From: Nemertoderma westbladi
Lineage: Eukaryota > Animalia > Xenacoelomorpha
Assembly: GCA_032718475.1 (NCBI GenBank)
Contig: JAUCBJ010000579.1
Span: 40,614 to 104,613, forward strand
Direction: 5' to 3'
DNA length: 64,000 nucleotides
The translations under genes and the position numbers were made by a program. The notes beneath the pieces are model-generated. The model saw only the letters and a program-made list of their open reading frames with translations, made no database searches and was not told the origin of the DNA. Shown piece after piece: positions 1-12,800 of the stretch. Position 1 is the stretch's first letter, and every line of letters begins with the position of its first letter.

Positions 1-667
1 GGTTGTCTGCTGCGTTTTTCGGCTGTCTATTGACATTTGTCTGCTGTCGACGTAACGTTTACACCCCAAAGTTTGGTTTAATTTCATCAATATATAACTG
101 AGTTATTAGCGATCAAATATTAGACAATGACAGACAACTCGTCAAAGGTACCCATAATATGTTAAGACTTCGCTCACTTTGTGCCTCGCCCCACATTATT
201 GCATCCACATCTTGGTTGGAAATACTTAGTTGCACTTTGTTATCACTAATTGTCCCGAAATTACTGTTAGATAAGTGTAAGAGACCATTTCGACTATTAA
301 ATTCGTAAAGGTCCCGTACTTTACCTATCAATGTTCCATAATTTACCACGCAAACCATGCTCTACAAAATTAGCAATATAGCAATTCGTCTGATATTTAA
401 ATTGTTATTTAAGCTTAATAAAACATCTTTATCATAAACATCAACTCAATACCGTAGCTGCGCACAATTCGCTAAAGTTTAGAATTGAAATCACAATTTA
501 TTAAAACTAGTTGAGTTCGTACGAATCCGTACTTTACCTTAATTAGACAAGCTAGTGTTTTCTCATAACTGACTTGAGTCCCGCCATAATCTTAGCGAAT
601 TTAAAGCTGACTTATAGCTGATTTAAAGAACATTCGAAAGTTCAATTCACTCCAAGCACAATTTTGT

Positions 668-883
668 GGGTCAGAGTAAATCGCGGATCCGGATTCTACA
701 TTTAACATTGTCCCTACGGAAGTCGATTTTTTTTACATTTTTATAACTCCCAAAAATAAAACTATAACCTGTTCCATTGACTTTAGTTTATTGTTTTGGT
801 TAAAATAATAACGTGCCACTGTAACCTGCTCCTTTCCCTTAATTGATAATTTTGGAATCCGGATCCGCGTTTTACTCCTACCC
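668..883. mobile_element. MITE-like element with ~29 bp terminal inverted repeats
   Basis: Left end gggtcagagtaaatcgcggatccggattc; reverse complement of right end gggtaggagtaaaacgcggatccggattc. AT-rich non-coding interior. No clear TSD. Confidence 0.7.
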
Positions 884-1096
884 CAATGTTGTGCACATAT
901 GTGAAGAGGATAACATTGTACAGGATATAGAAGTTTAAAATTGTGTACGACTCTCCCGTACTTTACTTTGGAATAAGTCAGTTACGATATTTAAAATTTA
1001 TTTAAATTTTACGATATATGGTTAGGGTTAACCATAGGTACGTTAGTCGAAGAAATATGGAAATATATAAACGATATGGGGTTACGAGACCATTTT

Positions 1097-4000
1097 GGCA
1101 GCGGGTTTACCTTCGGCTGTTGTCCCATTGGTTATACCGTTGAGTTGATGGCAGCGGGTTTACCTTCGGCTGTTGTCCCGTTGGTTATACCGTTGGGTTG
1201 ATGGCAGCGGGTTTACCTTCGGCTGTTGTCCCATTGGTTATACCGTTGGGTTGATGGCAGCGGGTTTACCTTCGGCTGTTGTCCCATTGGTTATACCGTT
1301 GGGTTGATGGCAGCGGGTTTACCTTCGGCTGTTGTCCCGTTGGTTATACCGTTGGGTTGATGGCAGCGGGTTTACCTTCGGCTGTTGTCCCATTGGTTAT
1401 ACGGTTGGGTTGATGGCAGCGGGTTTACCTTCGGCTGTTGTCCCATTGGTTATACCGTTGGGTTGATGGAAGCGGGTTTACCTTCGGCTGTTGTCCCGTT
1501 GGTTATACCGTTGGGTTGATGGAAGCGGGTTTACCTTCGGTTGTTGTCCCGTTGGTTATACCGTTGAGTTGATGGCAGCGGGTTTACCTTCGGCTGTTGT
1601 CCCATTGGTTATACCGTTGGGTTGATGGAAGCGGGTTTACCTTCGGCTGTTGTCCCGTTGGTTATACCGTTGGGTTGATGGAAGCGGGTTTACCTTCGGT
1701 TGTTGTCCCGTTGGTTATACGGTTGGGTTGATGGCAGCGGGTTTACCTTCGGCTGTTGTCCCATTGGTTATACCGTTGGGTTGATGGCAGCGGGTTTACC
1801 TTCGGCTGTTGTCCCGTTGGTTATACCGTTGGGTTGATGGCAGCGGGTTTACCTTCGGTTGTTGTCCCGTTGGTTATACCGTTGAGTTGATGGCAGCGGG
1901 TTTACCTTCGGCTGTTGTCCCATTGGTTATACCGTTGGGTTGATGGCAGCGGGTTTACCTTCGGCTGTTGTCCCGTTGGTTATACCGTTGGGTTGATGGC
2001 AGCGGGTTTACCTTCGGCTGTTGTCCCATTGGTTATACCGTTGGGTTGATGGAAGCGGGTTTACCTTCGGCTGTTGTCCCGTTGGTTATACCGTTGAGTT
2101 GATGGCAGCGGGTTTACCTTCGGCTGTTGTCCCATTGGTTATACCGTTGGGTTGATGGAAGCGGGTTTACCTTCGGCTGTTGTCCCATTGGTTATACGGT
2201 TGAGTTGATGGCAGCGGGTTTACCTTCGGCTGTTGTCCCATTGGTTATACCGTTGAGTTGATGGAAGCGGGTTTACCTTCGGCTGTTGTCCCATTGGTTA
2301 TGCCGTTGGGTTGATGGAAGCGGGTTTACCTTCGGCTGTTGTCCCGTTGGTTATACGGTTGGGTTGATGGCAGTGGGTATACCTTCGGCTGTTGTCCCAT
2401 TGGTTATACCGTTGGGTTGATGGCAGCGGGTTTACCTTCGGCTGTTGTCCCATTGGTTATACCGTTGGGTTGATGGCAGCGGGTTTACCTTCGGCTGTTG
2501 TCCCATTGGTTATACCGTTGGGTTGATGGAAGCGGGTTTACCTTCGGCTGTTGTCCCATTGGTTATACCGTTGGGTTGATGGAAGCGGGTTTACCTTCGG
2601 CTGTTGTCCCATTGGTTATACCGTTGGGTTGATGGCAGCGGGTTTACCTTCGGCTGTTGTCCCATTGGTTATACCGTTGGGTTGATGGCAGCGGGTTTAC
2701 CTTCGGCTGTTGTCCCATTGGTTATACCGTTGGGTTGATGGCAGCGGGTTTACCTTCGGCTGTTGTCCCGTTGGTTATACCGTTGGGTTGATGGCAGCGG
2801 GTTTACCTTCGGCTGTTGTCCCGTTGGTTATACCGTTGGGTTGATGGAAGCGGGTTTACCTTCGGCTGTTGTCCCATTGGTTATACCGTTGGGTTGATGG
2901 CAGCGGGTTTACCTTCGGCTGTTGTCCCATTGGTTATACCGTTGGGTTGATGGTAGCGGGTTTACCTTCGGCTGTTGTGCCATTGGTTATACCGTTGGGT
3001 TGATGGCAGCGGGTTTAGCTTCGGCTGTTGTCCCGTTGGTTATACCGTTGGGTTGATGGAAGCGGGTTTACCTTCGGCTGTTGTCCCATTGGTTATACCG
3101 TTGGGTTGATGGCAGCGGGTTTACCTTCGGCTGTTGTCCCATTGGTTATACCGTTGGGTTGATGGCAGCGGGTTTACCTTCGGCTGTTGTCCCATTGGTT
3201 ATACCGTTGGGTTGATGGCAGCGGGTTTAGCTTCGGCTGTTGTCCCATTGGTTATACCGTTGGGTTGATGGCAGCGGGTTTACCTTCGGCTGTTGTCCTG
3301 TTGGTTATACGGTTGGGTTGATGGCAGCGGGTTTACCTTCGGCTGTTGTCCCATTGGTTATACCGTTGGGTTGATGGCAGCGGGTTTACCTTCGGCTGTT
3401 GTCCCATTGGTTATACCGTTGGGTTGATGGCAGCGGGTTTACCTTCGGCTGTTGTCCCATTGGTTATACCGTTGGGTTGATGGAAGCGGGTTTACCTTCG
3501 GCTGTTGTCCCATTGGTTATACCGTTGGGTTGATGGCAGCGGGTTTAGCTTCGGCTGTTGTCCCATTGGTTATACCGTTGGGTTGATGGAAGCGGGTTTA
3601 CCTTCGGCTGTTGTCCCATTGGTTATACCGTTGGGTTGATGGCAGCGGGTTTACCTTCGGCTGTTGTCCCATTGGTTATACCGTTGGGTTGATGGAAGCG
3701 GGTTTACCTTCGGCTGTTGTCCCATTGGTTATACCGCTGGGTTGATGGAAGCGGGTTTACCTTCGGCTGTTGTCCCATTGGTTATACCGTTGGGTTGATG
3801 GCAGCGGGTTTACCTTCGGCTGTTGTCCCATTGGTTATACGGTTGAGTTGATGGCAGTGGGTTTACCTTCGGCTGTTGTCCCATTGGTTATACCGTTGGG
3901 TTGATGGCAGCGGGTTTACCTTCGGCTGTTGTCCCATTGGTTATACCGTTGGGTTGATGGCAGCGGGTTTACCTTCGGCTGTTGTCCCATTGGTTATACG

Positions 4001-5170
4001 GTTGAGTTGATGGCAGCGGGTTTACCTTCGGCTGTTGTCCCATTGGTTATACCGTTGGGTTGATGGAAGCGGGTTTACCTTCGGCTGTTGTCCCATTGGT
4101 TATACCGTTGGGTTGATGGCAGCGGGTTTACCTTCGGCTGTTGTCCCATTGGTTATACCGTTGGGTTGATGGCAGCGGGTTTACCTTCGGCTGTTGTCCC
4201 ATTGGTTATACCGTTGGGTTGATGGAAGCGGGTTTACCTTCGGCTGTTGTCCCATTGGTTATACCGTTGGGTTGATGGAAGCGGGTTTACCTTCGGCTGT
4301 TGTCCCATTGGTTATACCGTTGGGTTGATGGCAGCGGGTTTACCTTCGGCTGTTGTCCCATTGGTTATACGGCTGAGTTGATGGAAGCGGGTTTACCTTC
4401 GGCTGTTGTCCCATTGGTTATACCGTTGGGTTGATGGAAGCGGGTTTAGCTTCGGCTGTTGTCCCATTGGTTATACCGTTGGGTTGATGGCAGCGGGTTT
4501 ACCTTCGGCTGTTGTCCCATTGGTTATACCGTTGGGTTGATGGCAGCGGGTTTACCTTCGGCTGTTGTCCCATTGGTTATACGGTTGGGTTGATGGCAGC
4601 GGGTTTACCTTCGGCTGTTGTCCTGTTGGTTATACCGTTGGGTTGATGGCAGCGGGTTTATCTTCGGCTGTTGTCCCGTTGGTTATACCGTTGGGTTGAT
4701 GGCAGCGGGTTTACCTTCGGCTGTTGTCCCATTGGTTATACGGTTGGGTTGATGGCAGCGGGTTTACCTTCGGCTGTTGTCCCGTTGGTTATACCGTTGG
4801 GTTGATGGCAGCGGGTTTACCTTCGGCTGTTGTCCTGTTGGTTATACCGTTGGGTTGATGGCAGCGGGTTTATCTTCGGCTGTTGTCCCGTTGGTTATAC
4901 CGTTGGGTTGATGGCAGCGGGTTTACCTTCGGCTGTTGTCCCGTTGGTTATACCGTTGGGTTGATGGCAGCGGGTTTACCTTCGGCTGTTGTCCCGTTGG
5001 TTATACCGTTGGGTTGATGGCAGCGGGTTTACCTTCGGCTGTTGTCCCGTTGGTTATACCGTTGGGTTATGGCAGCGGGTTTACCTTCGGCTGTTGTCCC
5101 GTTGGTTATACCGTTGGGTTGATGGCAGCGGGTTTACCTTCGGCTGTTGTCCCGTTGGTTATACCGTTGG
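1097..5170. repeat. 53-bp minisatellite, ~77 copies, derived from the minus-strand exon end plus donor
   Basis: Unit ggcagcgggtttaccttcggctgttgtccc(a/g)ttggttataccgttgggttgat. Confidence 0.97.
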
Positions 5171-5330
5171 TTGCCGTTTCGATCTCGATTGGTTTCGGCG
5201 CTTTGGTTTCGCTCCTTTCAGCGTCCAACGAAAGAACTCTGGCCTTTGAAAAGGCGCTAACCACGCTCTGAGAGGTCGTGGCCTCTGAGCCCCGCACCGT
5301 CGTCAAACCCCAGGCGCCAGGCCCCGCCAT
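5138..5330 (-). CDS. Probable coding exon of an unidentified minus-strand gene (MAGPGAWG...ETKAPKPIEIETATNGITNGTTAE)
   Basis: GC-richer unique island with an open frame from aaacATGG (5330) to the donor GAAG|gtaaac (phase 1). The three + frames hit stops here. No recognisable homology, and the 5' boundary is uncertain. Confidence 0.5.
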
Positions 5331-5379
5331 GTTTAGTAGCACAAAAAATAATTTTTACCCACTTTTAGGGTTCAGAGAC

Positions 5380-6473
5380 ACAAATATGTGATGTTACCTT
5401 TGGGCGTGCTACAAATATGTGATGTTACCTTTGGGCGTGCTACAAATATGTGATGTTGCCTTTTGGCGTGCTACAAAGATGTGATGTTACCTTTGGGCGT
5501 GCTACAAAGATGTGATGTTACCTTTGGGCGTGCTACAAAGATGTGATGTTGCCTTTGGGCGTGCTACAAAGATGTGATGTTACCTTTGGGCGTGCTACAA
5601 ATATGTGATGTTGCCTTTGGGCGTGCTACAAAGATGTGATGTTACCTTTGGGCGTGCTACAAAGATGTGATGTTACCTTTGGGCGTGCTACAAAGATGTG
5701 ATGTTACCTTTGGGCGTGCTACAAAGATGTGATGTTGCCTTTGGGCGTGCTACAAAGATGTGATGTTACCTTTGGGCGTGCTACAAATATGTGATGTTGC
5801 CTTTGGGCGTGCTACAAAGATGTGATGTTACCTTTGGGCGTGCTACAAAGATGTGATGTTGCCTTTGGGCGTGCTACAAAGATGTGATGTTACCTTTGGG
5901 CGTGCTACAAATATGTGATGTTGCCTTTTGGCGTGCTACAAAGATGTGATGTTACCTTTGGGCGTGCTACAAAGATGTGATGTTACCTTTGGGCGTGCTA
6001 CAAAGATGTGATGTTGCCTTTGGGCGTGCTACAAAGATGTGATGTTACCTTTGGGCGTGCTACAAATATGTGATGTTGCCTTTGGGCGTGCTACAAAGAT
6101 GTGATGTTACCTTTGGGCGTGCTACAAAGATGTGATGTTACCTTTGGGCGTGCTACAAAGATGTGATGTTGCCTTTGGGCGTGCTACAAAGATGTGATGT
6201 TACCTTTGGGCGTGCTACAAATATGTGATGTTGCCTTTGGGCGTGCTACAAAGATGTGATGTTACCTTTGGGCGTGCTACAAATATGTGATGTTGCCTTT
6301 GGGCGTGCTACAAAGATGTGATGTTACCTTTGGGCGTGCTACAAATATGTGATGTTGCCTTTGGGCGTGCTACAAAGATGTGATGTTACCTTTGGGCGCG
6401 CTACAAAGATGTGATGTTACCTTTGGGCGTGCTACAAATATGTGATGTTACCTTTGGGCGTGCTACAAATATG
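5380..6473. repeat. 31-bp minisatellite, ~35 copies
   Basis: Unit acaaa(g/t)atgtgatgtt(a/g)cctttgggcgtgct. Confidence 0.97.
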
Positions 6474-6712
6474 CAACAAATAAATATAGTAGCACTTTAT
6501 TTCACACCGGTTAGAGTGGGGGGGGGGGGGGGGATATTTCCACGGTACGGTACCGGCAACAACCTGTGTGCGCTATCTGCAGCCTACAGTCGAAAATAGT
6601 CGAGTTTAAACACTAAACCTAAATAAAATATATTAATTAATAATTAACCTCTTTAATTTGATTAAATTTTTTATCCGAGAGATTAAATATGTTGTTTAAT
6701 TGTTTCCATCAG

Positions 6713-6847
6713 CCCGGGAGTCCGTTAAAACTTCCCATCCCAAGACTTTCCAGCTCGTCTCACCCGTCTACAACGCCAGACAGAGTCGCCATTATTGCCT
6801 CTAGTAAAAATAAACTCCCTGTTAAGTCGGCTAAAACCATGTCGCAG
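6713..6847 (+). CDS. lin54: Probable lin54 N-terminal exon ([45 protein letters not shown]); alternatively mostly 5'UTR with the start at aaaaccATG (MSQ)
   Basis: Acceptor ttgtttccatcag, donor CAG|gttggt, 135 nt open frame, phase 0/0, S/P/T-rich. No recognisable homology. Confidence 0.6.
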
Positions 6848-9800
6848 GTTGGTAAAGTAAATATATAAATTATAGCGGGGATATTTAAAACTCAAACAGA
6901 ACCTAAACGGTGGGGAAAATAGATATGTTTCTAATCCTGAACCAATAATATGTAGTTGTGGCTGTTGATGACATTATGCACGAATGTTTGTTTGTGCGGT
7001 CTCAATCCAATCATCAGCCATTCATTATATAATTAGTTAACTTAATCACCAATCCCAAAAGTCGTAAAGGTTCCTGTGTGGCCGTAGTGGATTTAAGTGC
7101 GGACACGGGATGGAGAAAGGGCTGGGAAGATTCCGTTACCGGTGGTGTGGCTGTACACGGGATGGAGAAAGGGCAGGGAAGATTGCGTTACAGGTGGTGT
7201 GGATGTACACGGGGATGGAGAAAGGGCAGGGAAGATTGCGTTACAGGTGGTGTGGCTGTACACGGGTTGGAGAAAGGGCAGGGAAGATTGCGTTACAGGT
7301 GGTGTGGATGTACACGGGATGGAGAAAGGGCAGGGAAGATTGCGTTACAGGTGGTGTGGCTGTACACGGGTTGGAGAAAGGGCAGGGAAGATTGCGTTAC
7401 AGGTGGTGTGGATGTACACGGGATGGAGAAAGGGCAGGGAAGATTGCGTTACCGGTGGTGTGGAAGTACACGGGGATGGAGAAAGGGCAGGGAAGATTGC
7501 GTTACAGGTGGTGTGGCTGTACACGGGTTGGAGAAAGGGCAGGGAAGATTGCGTTACAGGTGGTGTGGCTGTACACGGGGATGGAGAAAGGGCAGGGAAG
7601 ATTGCGTTACAGGTGGTGTGGCTGTACACGGAATGGAGAAAGGGCTGGGAAGATTGCGTTACAGGTGGTGTGGCTGTACACGGGTTGGAGAAAGGGCAGG
7701 GAATATTGCGTTACAGGTGGTGTGGATGTACACGGGATGGAGAAAGGGCAGGGAAGATTGCGTTACCGGTGGTGTGGAAGTACACGGGGATGGAGAAAGG
7801 GCAGGGAAGATTGCGTTACAGGTGGTGTGGCTGTACACGGGTTGGAGAAAGGGCAGGGAAGATTGCGTTACAGGTGGTGTGGATGTACACGGGATGGAGA
7901 AAGGGCAGGGAAGATTGCGTTACCGGTGGTGTGGAAGTACACGGGGATGGAGAAAGGGCAGGGAAGATTGCGTTACAGGTGGTGTGGCTGTACACGGGTT
8001 GGAGAAAGGGCAGGGAAGATTGCGTTACAGGTGGTGTGGCTGTACACGGGGATGGAGAAAGGGCAGGGAAGATTGCGTTACAGGTGGTGTGGCTGTACAC
8101 GGAATGGAGAAAGGGCTGGGAAGATTGCGTTACAGGTGGTGTGGCTGTACACGGGTTGGAGAAAGGGCAGGGAAGATTGCGTTACAGGTGGTGTGGATGT
8201 ACACGGGATGGAGAAAGGGCAGGGAAGATTGCGTTACCGGTGGTGTGGCTGTACACGGGGATGGAGAAAGGGCAGGGAAGATTGCGTTACCGGTGGTGTG
8301 GCTGTACACGGGGATGGAGAAAGGGCAGGGAAGATTGCGTTACAGGTGGTGTGGCTGTACACGGGTTGGAGAAAGGGCAGGGAAGATTGCGTTACAGGTG
8401 GTGTGGCTGTACACGGGGATGGAGAAAGGGCAGGGAAGATTGCGTTACAGGTGGTGTGGCTGTACACGGGTTGGAGAAAGGGCAGGGAAGATTGCGTTAC
8501 AGGTGGTGTGGCTGTACACGGGGATGGAGAAAGGGCAGGGAAGATTGCGTTACAGGTGGTGTGGCTGTACACGGAATGGAGAAAGGGCTGGGAAGATTGC
8601 GTTACAGGTGGTGTGGCTGTACACGGGTTGGAGAAAGGGCAGGGAAGATTGCGTTACAGGTGGTGTGGATGTACACGGGGATGGAGAAAGGGCAGGGAAG
8701 ATTGCGTTACAGGTGGTGTGGCTGTACACGGGTTGGAGAAAGGGCAGGGAAGATTGCGTTACAGGTGGTGTGGCTGTACACGGGGATGGAGAAAGGGCAG
8801 GGAAGATTGCGTTACCGGTGGTGTGGCTGTACACGGGGATGGAGAAAGGGCAGGGAAGATTGCGTTACAGGTGGTGTGGCTGTACACGGGTTGGAGAAAG
8901 GGCAGGGAAGATTGCGTTACAGGTGGTGTGGCTGTACACGGGGATGGAGAAAGGGCAGGGAAGATTGCGTTACAGGTGGTGTGGCTGTACACGGGTTGGA
9001 GAAAGGGCAGGGAAGATTGCGTTACAGGTGGTGTGGCTGTACACGGGGATGGAGAAAGGGCAGGGAAGATTGCGTTACAGGTGGTGTGGCTGTACACGGA
9101 ATGGAGAAAGGGCTGGGAAGATTGCGTTACAGGTGGTGTGGCTGTACACGGGTTGGAGAAAGGGCAGGGAAGATTGCGTTACAGGTGGTGTGGATGTACA
9201 CGGGATGGAGAAAGGGCAGGGAAGATTGCGTTACCGGTGGTGTGGCTGTACACGGGGATGGAGAAAGGGCAGGGAAGATTGCGTTACCGGTGGTGTGGCT
9301 GTACACGGGGATGGAGAAAGGGCAGGGAAGATTGCGTTACCGGTGGTGTGGCTGTACACGGGGATGGAGAAAGGGCAGGGAAGATTGCGTTACAGGTGGT
9401 GTGGAAGTACACGTGGATGGAGAAAGGGCAGGGAAGATTGCGTTACCGGTGGTGTGGCTGTACACGGGGATGGAGAAAGGGCAGGGAAGATTGCGTTACC
9501 GGTGGTGTGGCTGTACACGGGGATGGAGAAAGGGCAGGGAAGATTGCGTTACCGGTGGTGTGGCTGTACACGGGGATGGAGAAAGGGCAGGGAAGATTGC
9601 GTTACAGGTGGTGTGGAAGTACACGTGGATGGAGAAAAGGCAGGGAAGATTGCGTTACCGGTGGTGTGGCTGTACACGGGGATGGAGAAAGGGCAGGGAA
9701 GATTGCGTTACCGGTGGTGTGGCTGTACACGGGGATGGAGAAAGGGCAGGGAAGATTGCGTTACCGGTGGTGTGGCTGTACACGGGGATGGAGAAAGGGC

Positions 9801-12800
9801 AGGGAAGATTGCGTTACCGGTGGTGTGGCTGTACACGGGGATGGAGAAAGGGCAGGGAAGATTGCGTTACAGGTGGTGTGGAAGTACACGTGGATGGAGA
9901 AAGGGCAGGGAAGATTGCGTTACCGGTGGTGTGGCTGTACACGGGGATGGAGAAAGGGCAGGGAAGATTGCGTTACCGGTGGTGTGGCTGTACACGGGGA
10001 TGGAGAAAGGGCAGGGAAGATTGCGTTACCGGTGGTGTGGCTGTACACGGGGATGGAGAAAGGGCAGGGAAGATTGCGTTACAGGTGGTGTGGAAGTACA
10101 CGTGGATGGAGAAAGGGCAGGGAAGATTGCGTTACCGGTGGTGTGGCTGTACACGGGGATGGAGAAAGGGCAGGGAAGATTGCGTTACCGGTGGTGTGGC
10201 TGTACACGGGATGGAGAAAGGGCAGGGAAGATTGCGTTACCGGTGGTGTGGCTGTACACGGGGATGGAGAAAGGGCAGGGAAGATTGCGTTACCGGTGGT
10301 GTGGCTGTACACGGGGATGGAGAAAGGGCAGGGAAGATTGCGTTACAGGTGGTGTGGCTGTACACGTGGATGGAGAAAGGGCAGGGAAGATTGCGTTACA
10401 GGTGGTGTGGATGTACACGGGGATGGAGAAAGGGCAGGGAAGATTGCGTTACCGGTGGTGTGGCTGTACACGGGGATGGAGAAAGGGCAGGGAAGATTGC
10501 GTTACAGGTGGTGTGGCTGTACACGGGGATGGAGAAAGGGAAGGGAAGATTGCGTTACCGGTGGTGTGGCTGTACACGGGGATGGAGAAAGGGCAGGGAA
10601 GATTGCGTTACAGGTGGTGTGGCTGTACACGGGGATGGAGAAAGGGCAGGGAAGATTGCGTTACAGGTGGTGTGGCTGTACACGGGGATGGAGAAAGGGA
10701 AGGGAAGATTGCGTTACCGGTGGTGTGGCTGTACACGGGGATGGAGAAAGGGCAGGGAAGATTGCGTTACCGGTGGTGTGGCTGTACACGGGGATGGAGA
10801 AAGGGCAGGGAAGATTGCGTTACAGGTGGTGTGGAAGTACACGTGGATGGAGAAAGGGCAGGGAAGATTGCGTTACCGGTGGTGTGGCTGTACACGGGGA
10901 TGGAGAAAGGGCAGGGAAGATTGCGTTACCGGTGGTGTGGCTGTACACGGGGATGGAGAAAGGGAAGGGAAGATTGCGTTACCGGTGGTGTGGCTGTACA
11001 CGGGGATGGAGAAAGGGCAGGGAAGATTGCGTTACCGGTGGTGTGGCTGTACACGGGGATGGAGAAAGGGCAGGGAAGATTGCGTTACAGGTGGTGCGGA
11101 AGTACACGGGCCGGAGAAAGGGCTGGGAAGATTGCGTTACAGGTGGTGTGGCTGTACACGGAATGGAGAAAGGGCTGGGAAGATTGCGTTACAGGTGGTG
11201 TGGCTGTACACGGAATGGAGAAAGGGCTGGGAAGATTGCGTTACAGGTGGTGTGGCTGTACACGGAATGGAGAAAGGGCTGGGAAGATTGCGTTACCGGT
11301 GGTGTGGCTGTACACGGGGATGGAGAAAGGGCTGGGAAGATTGCGTTACCGGTGGTGTGGATGTACACGGAATGGAGAAAGGGAAGGGAAGATTGCGTTA
11401 CCGGTGGTGTGGCTGTACACGGGGATGGAGAAAGGGCAGGGAAGATTGCGTTACCGGTGGTGTGGCTGTACACGGGGATGGAGAAAGGGCAGGGAAGATT
11501 GCGTTACCGGTGGTGTGGCTGTACACGGGATGGAGAAAGGGCAGGGAAGATTGCGTTACAGGTGGTGTGGCTGTACACGGAATGGAGAAAGGGCTGGGAA
11601 GATTGCGTTACAGGTGGTGTGGCTGTACACGGGGATGGAGAAAGGGCAGGGAAGATTGCGTTACCGGTGGTGTGGCTGTACACGGGGATGGAGAAAGGGC
11701 AGGGAAGATTGCGTTACCGGTGGTGTGGCTGTACACGGGATGGAGAAAGGGCAGGGAAGATTGCGTTACAGGTGGTGTGGCTGTACACGGGACGGAGAAA
11801 GGGCAGGGAAGATTGCGTTACAGGTGGTGTGGATGTACACGGGGATGGAGAAAGGGCAGGGAAGATTGCGTTACAGGTGGTGTGGCTGTACACGGGGATG
11901 GAGAAAGGGCAGGGAAGATTGCGTTACAGGTGGTGTGGCTGTACACGGGGATGGAGAAAGGGCAGGGAAGATTGCGTTACAGGTGGTGTGGCTGTACACG
12001 GGATGGAGAAGGGGCAGGGAAGATTGCGTTACCGGTGGTGTGGATGTACACGGGGATGGAGAAAGGGCAGGGAAGATTGCGTTACCGGTGGTGTGGCTGT
12101 ACACGGGGATGGAGAAAGGGCAGGGAAGATTGCATTACAGGTGGTGTGGAAGTACACGGGGATGGAGAAAGGGCAGGGAAGATTGCGTTACAGGTGGTGT
12201 GGCTGTACACGGGGATGGAGAAAGGGCAGGGAAGATTGCGTTACAGGTGGTGTGCATGTACACGGGGATGGAGAAAGGGCAGGGAAGATTGCATTACAGG
12301 TGGTGTGGCTGTACGTACACGGGGATGGAGAAAGGGCAGGGAAGATTGCGTTACAGGTGGTGTGGCTGTACACGTGGATGGAGAAAGGGCAGGGAAGATT
12401 GCGTTACCGGTGGTGTGGCTGTACACGGGGATGGAGAAAGGGCAGGGAAGATTGCGTTACCGGTGGTGTGGCTGTACACGGGGATGGAGAAAGGGCAGGG
12501 AAGATTGCGTTAAGGTGGTGTGGATGTACACGGGATGGAGAAAGGGCAGGGAAGATTGCGTTACAGGTGGTGTGGCTGTACACGGGGATGGAGAAAGGGC
12601 AGGGAAGATTGCGTTACAGGTGGTATGGATGTACACGGGATGGAGAAAGGGAAGGGAAGATTGCGTTACAGGTGGTGTGGATGTACACGGGGATGGAGAA
12701 AGGGCAGGGAAGATTGCGTTACCGGTGGTGTGGCTGTACACGGGGATGGAGAAAGGGCAGGGAAGATTGCGTTACCGGTGGTGTGGATGTACACGGGTTG

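Noticed and set aside
113-361. Minus-strand ORF 113-358 and a possible 37-nt exon at 325-361 (gctaattttgtag...ATAG|gtaaag)
   Set aside because: Phase-compatible with the 5138 exon, but without recognisable homology. The donor-like ggtaaagtacgg motif recurs nearby in what looks like repeat-derived DNA, so support is too weak.
5380-6473. E2F-like sites (tttgggcg) suggesting DREAM autoregulation
   Set aside because: Does not match TTTSSCGC, and there is no adjacent CHR (TTTGAA) in the unit.
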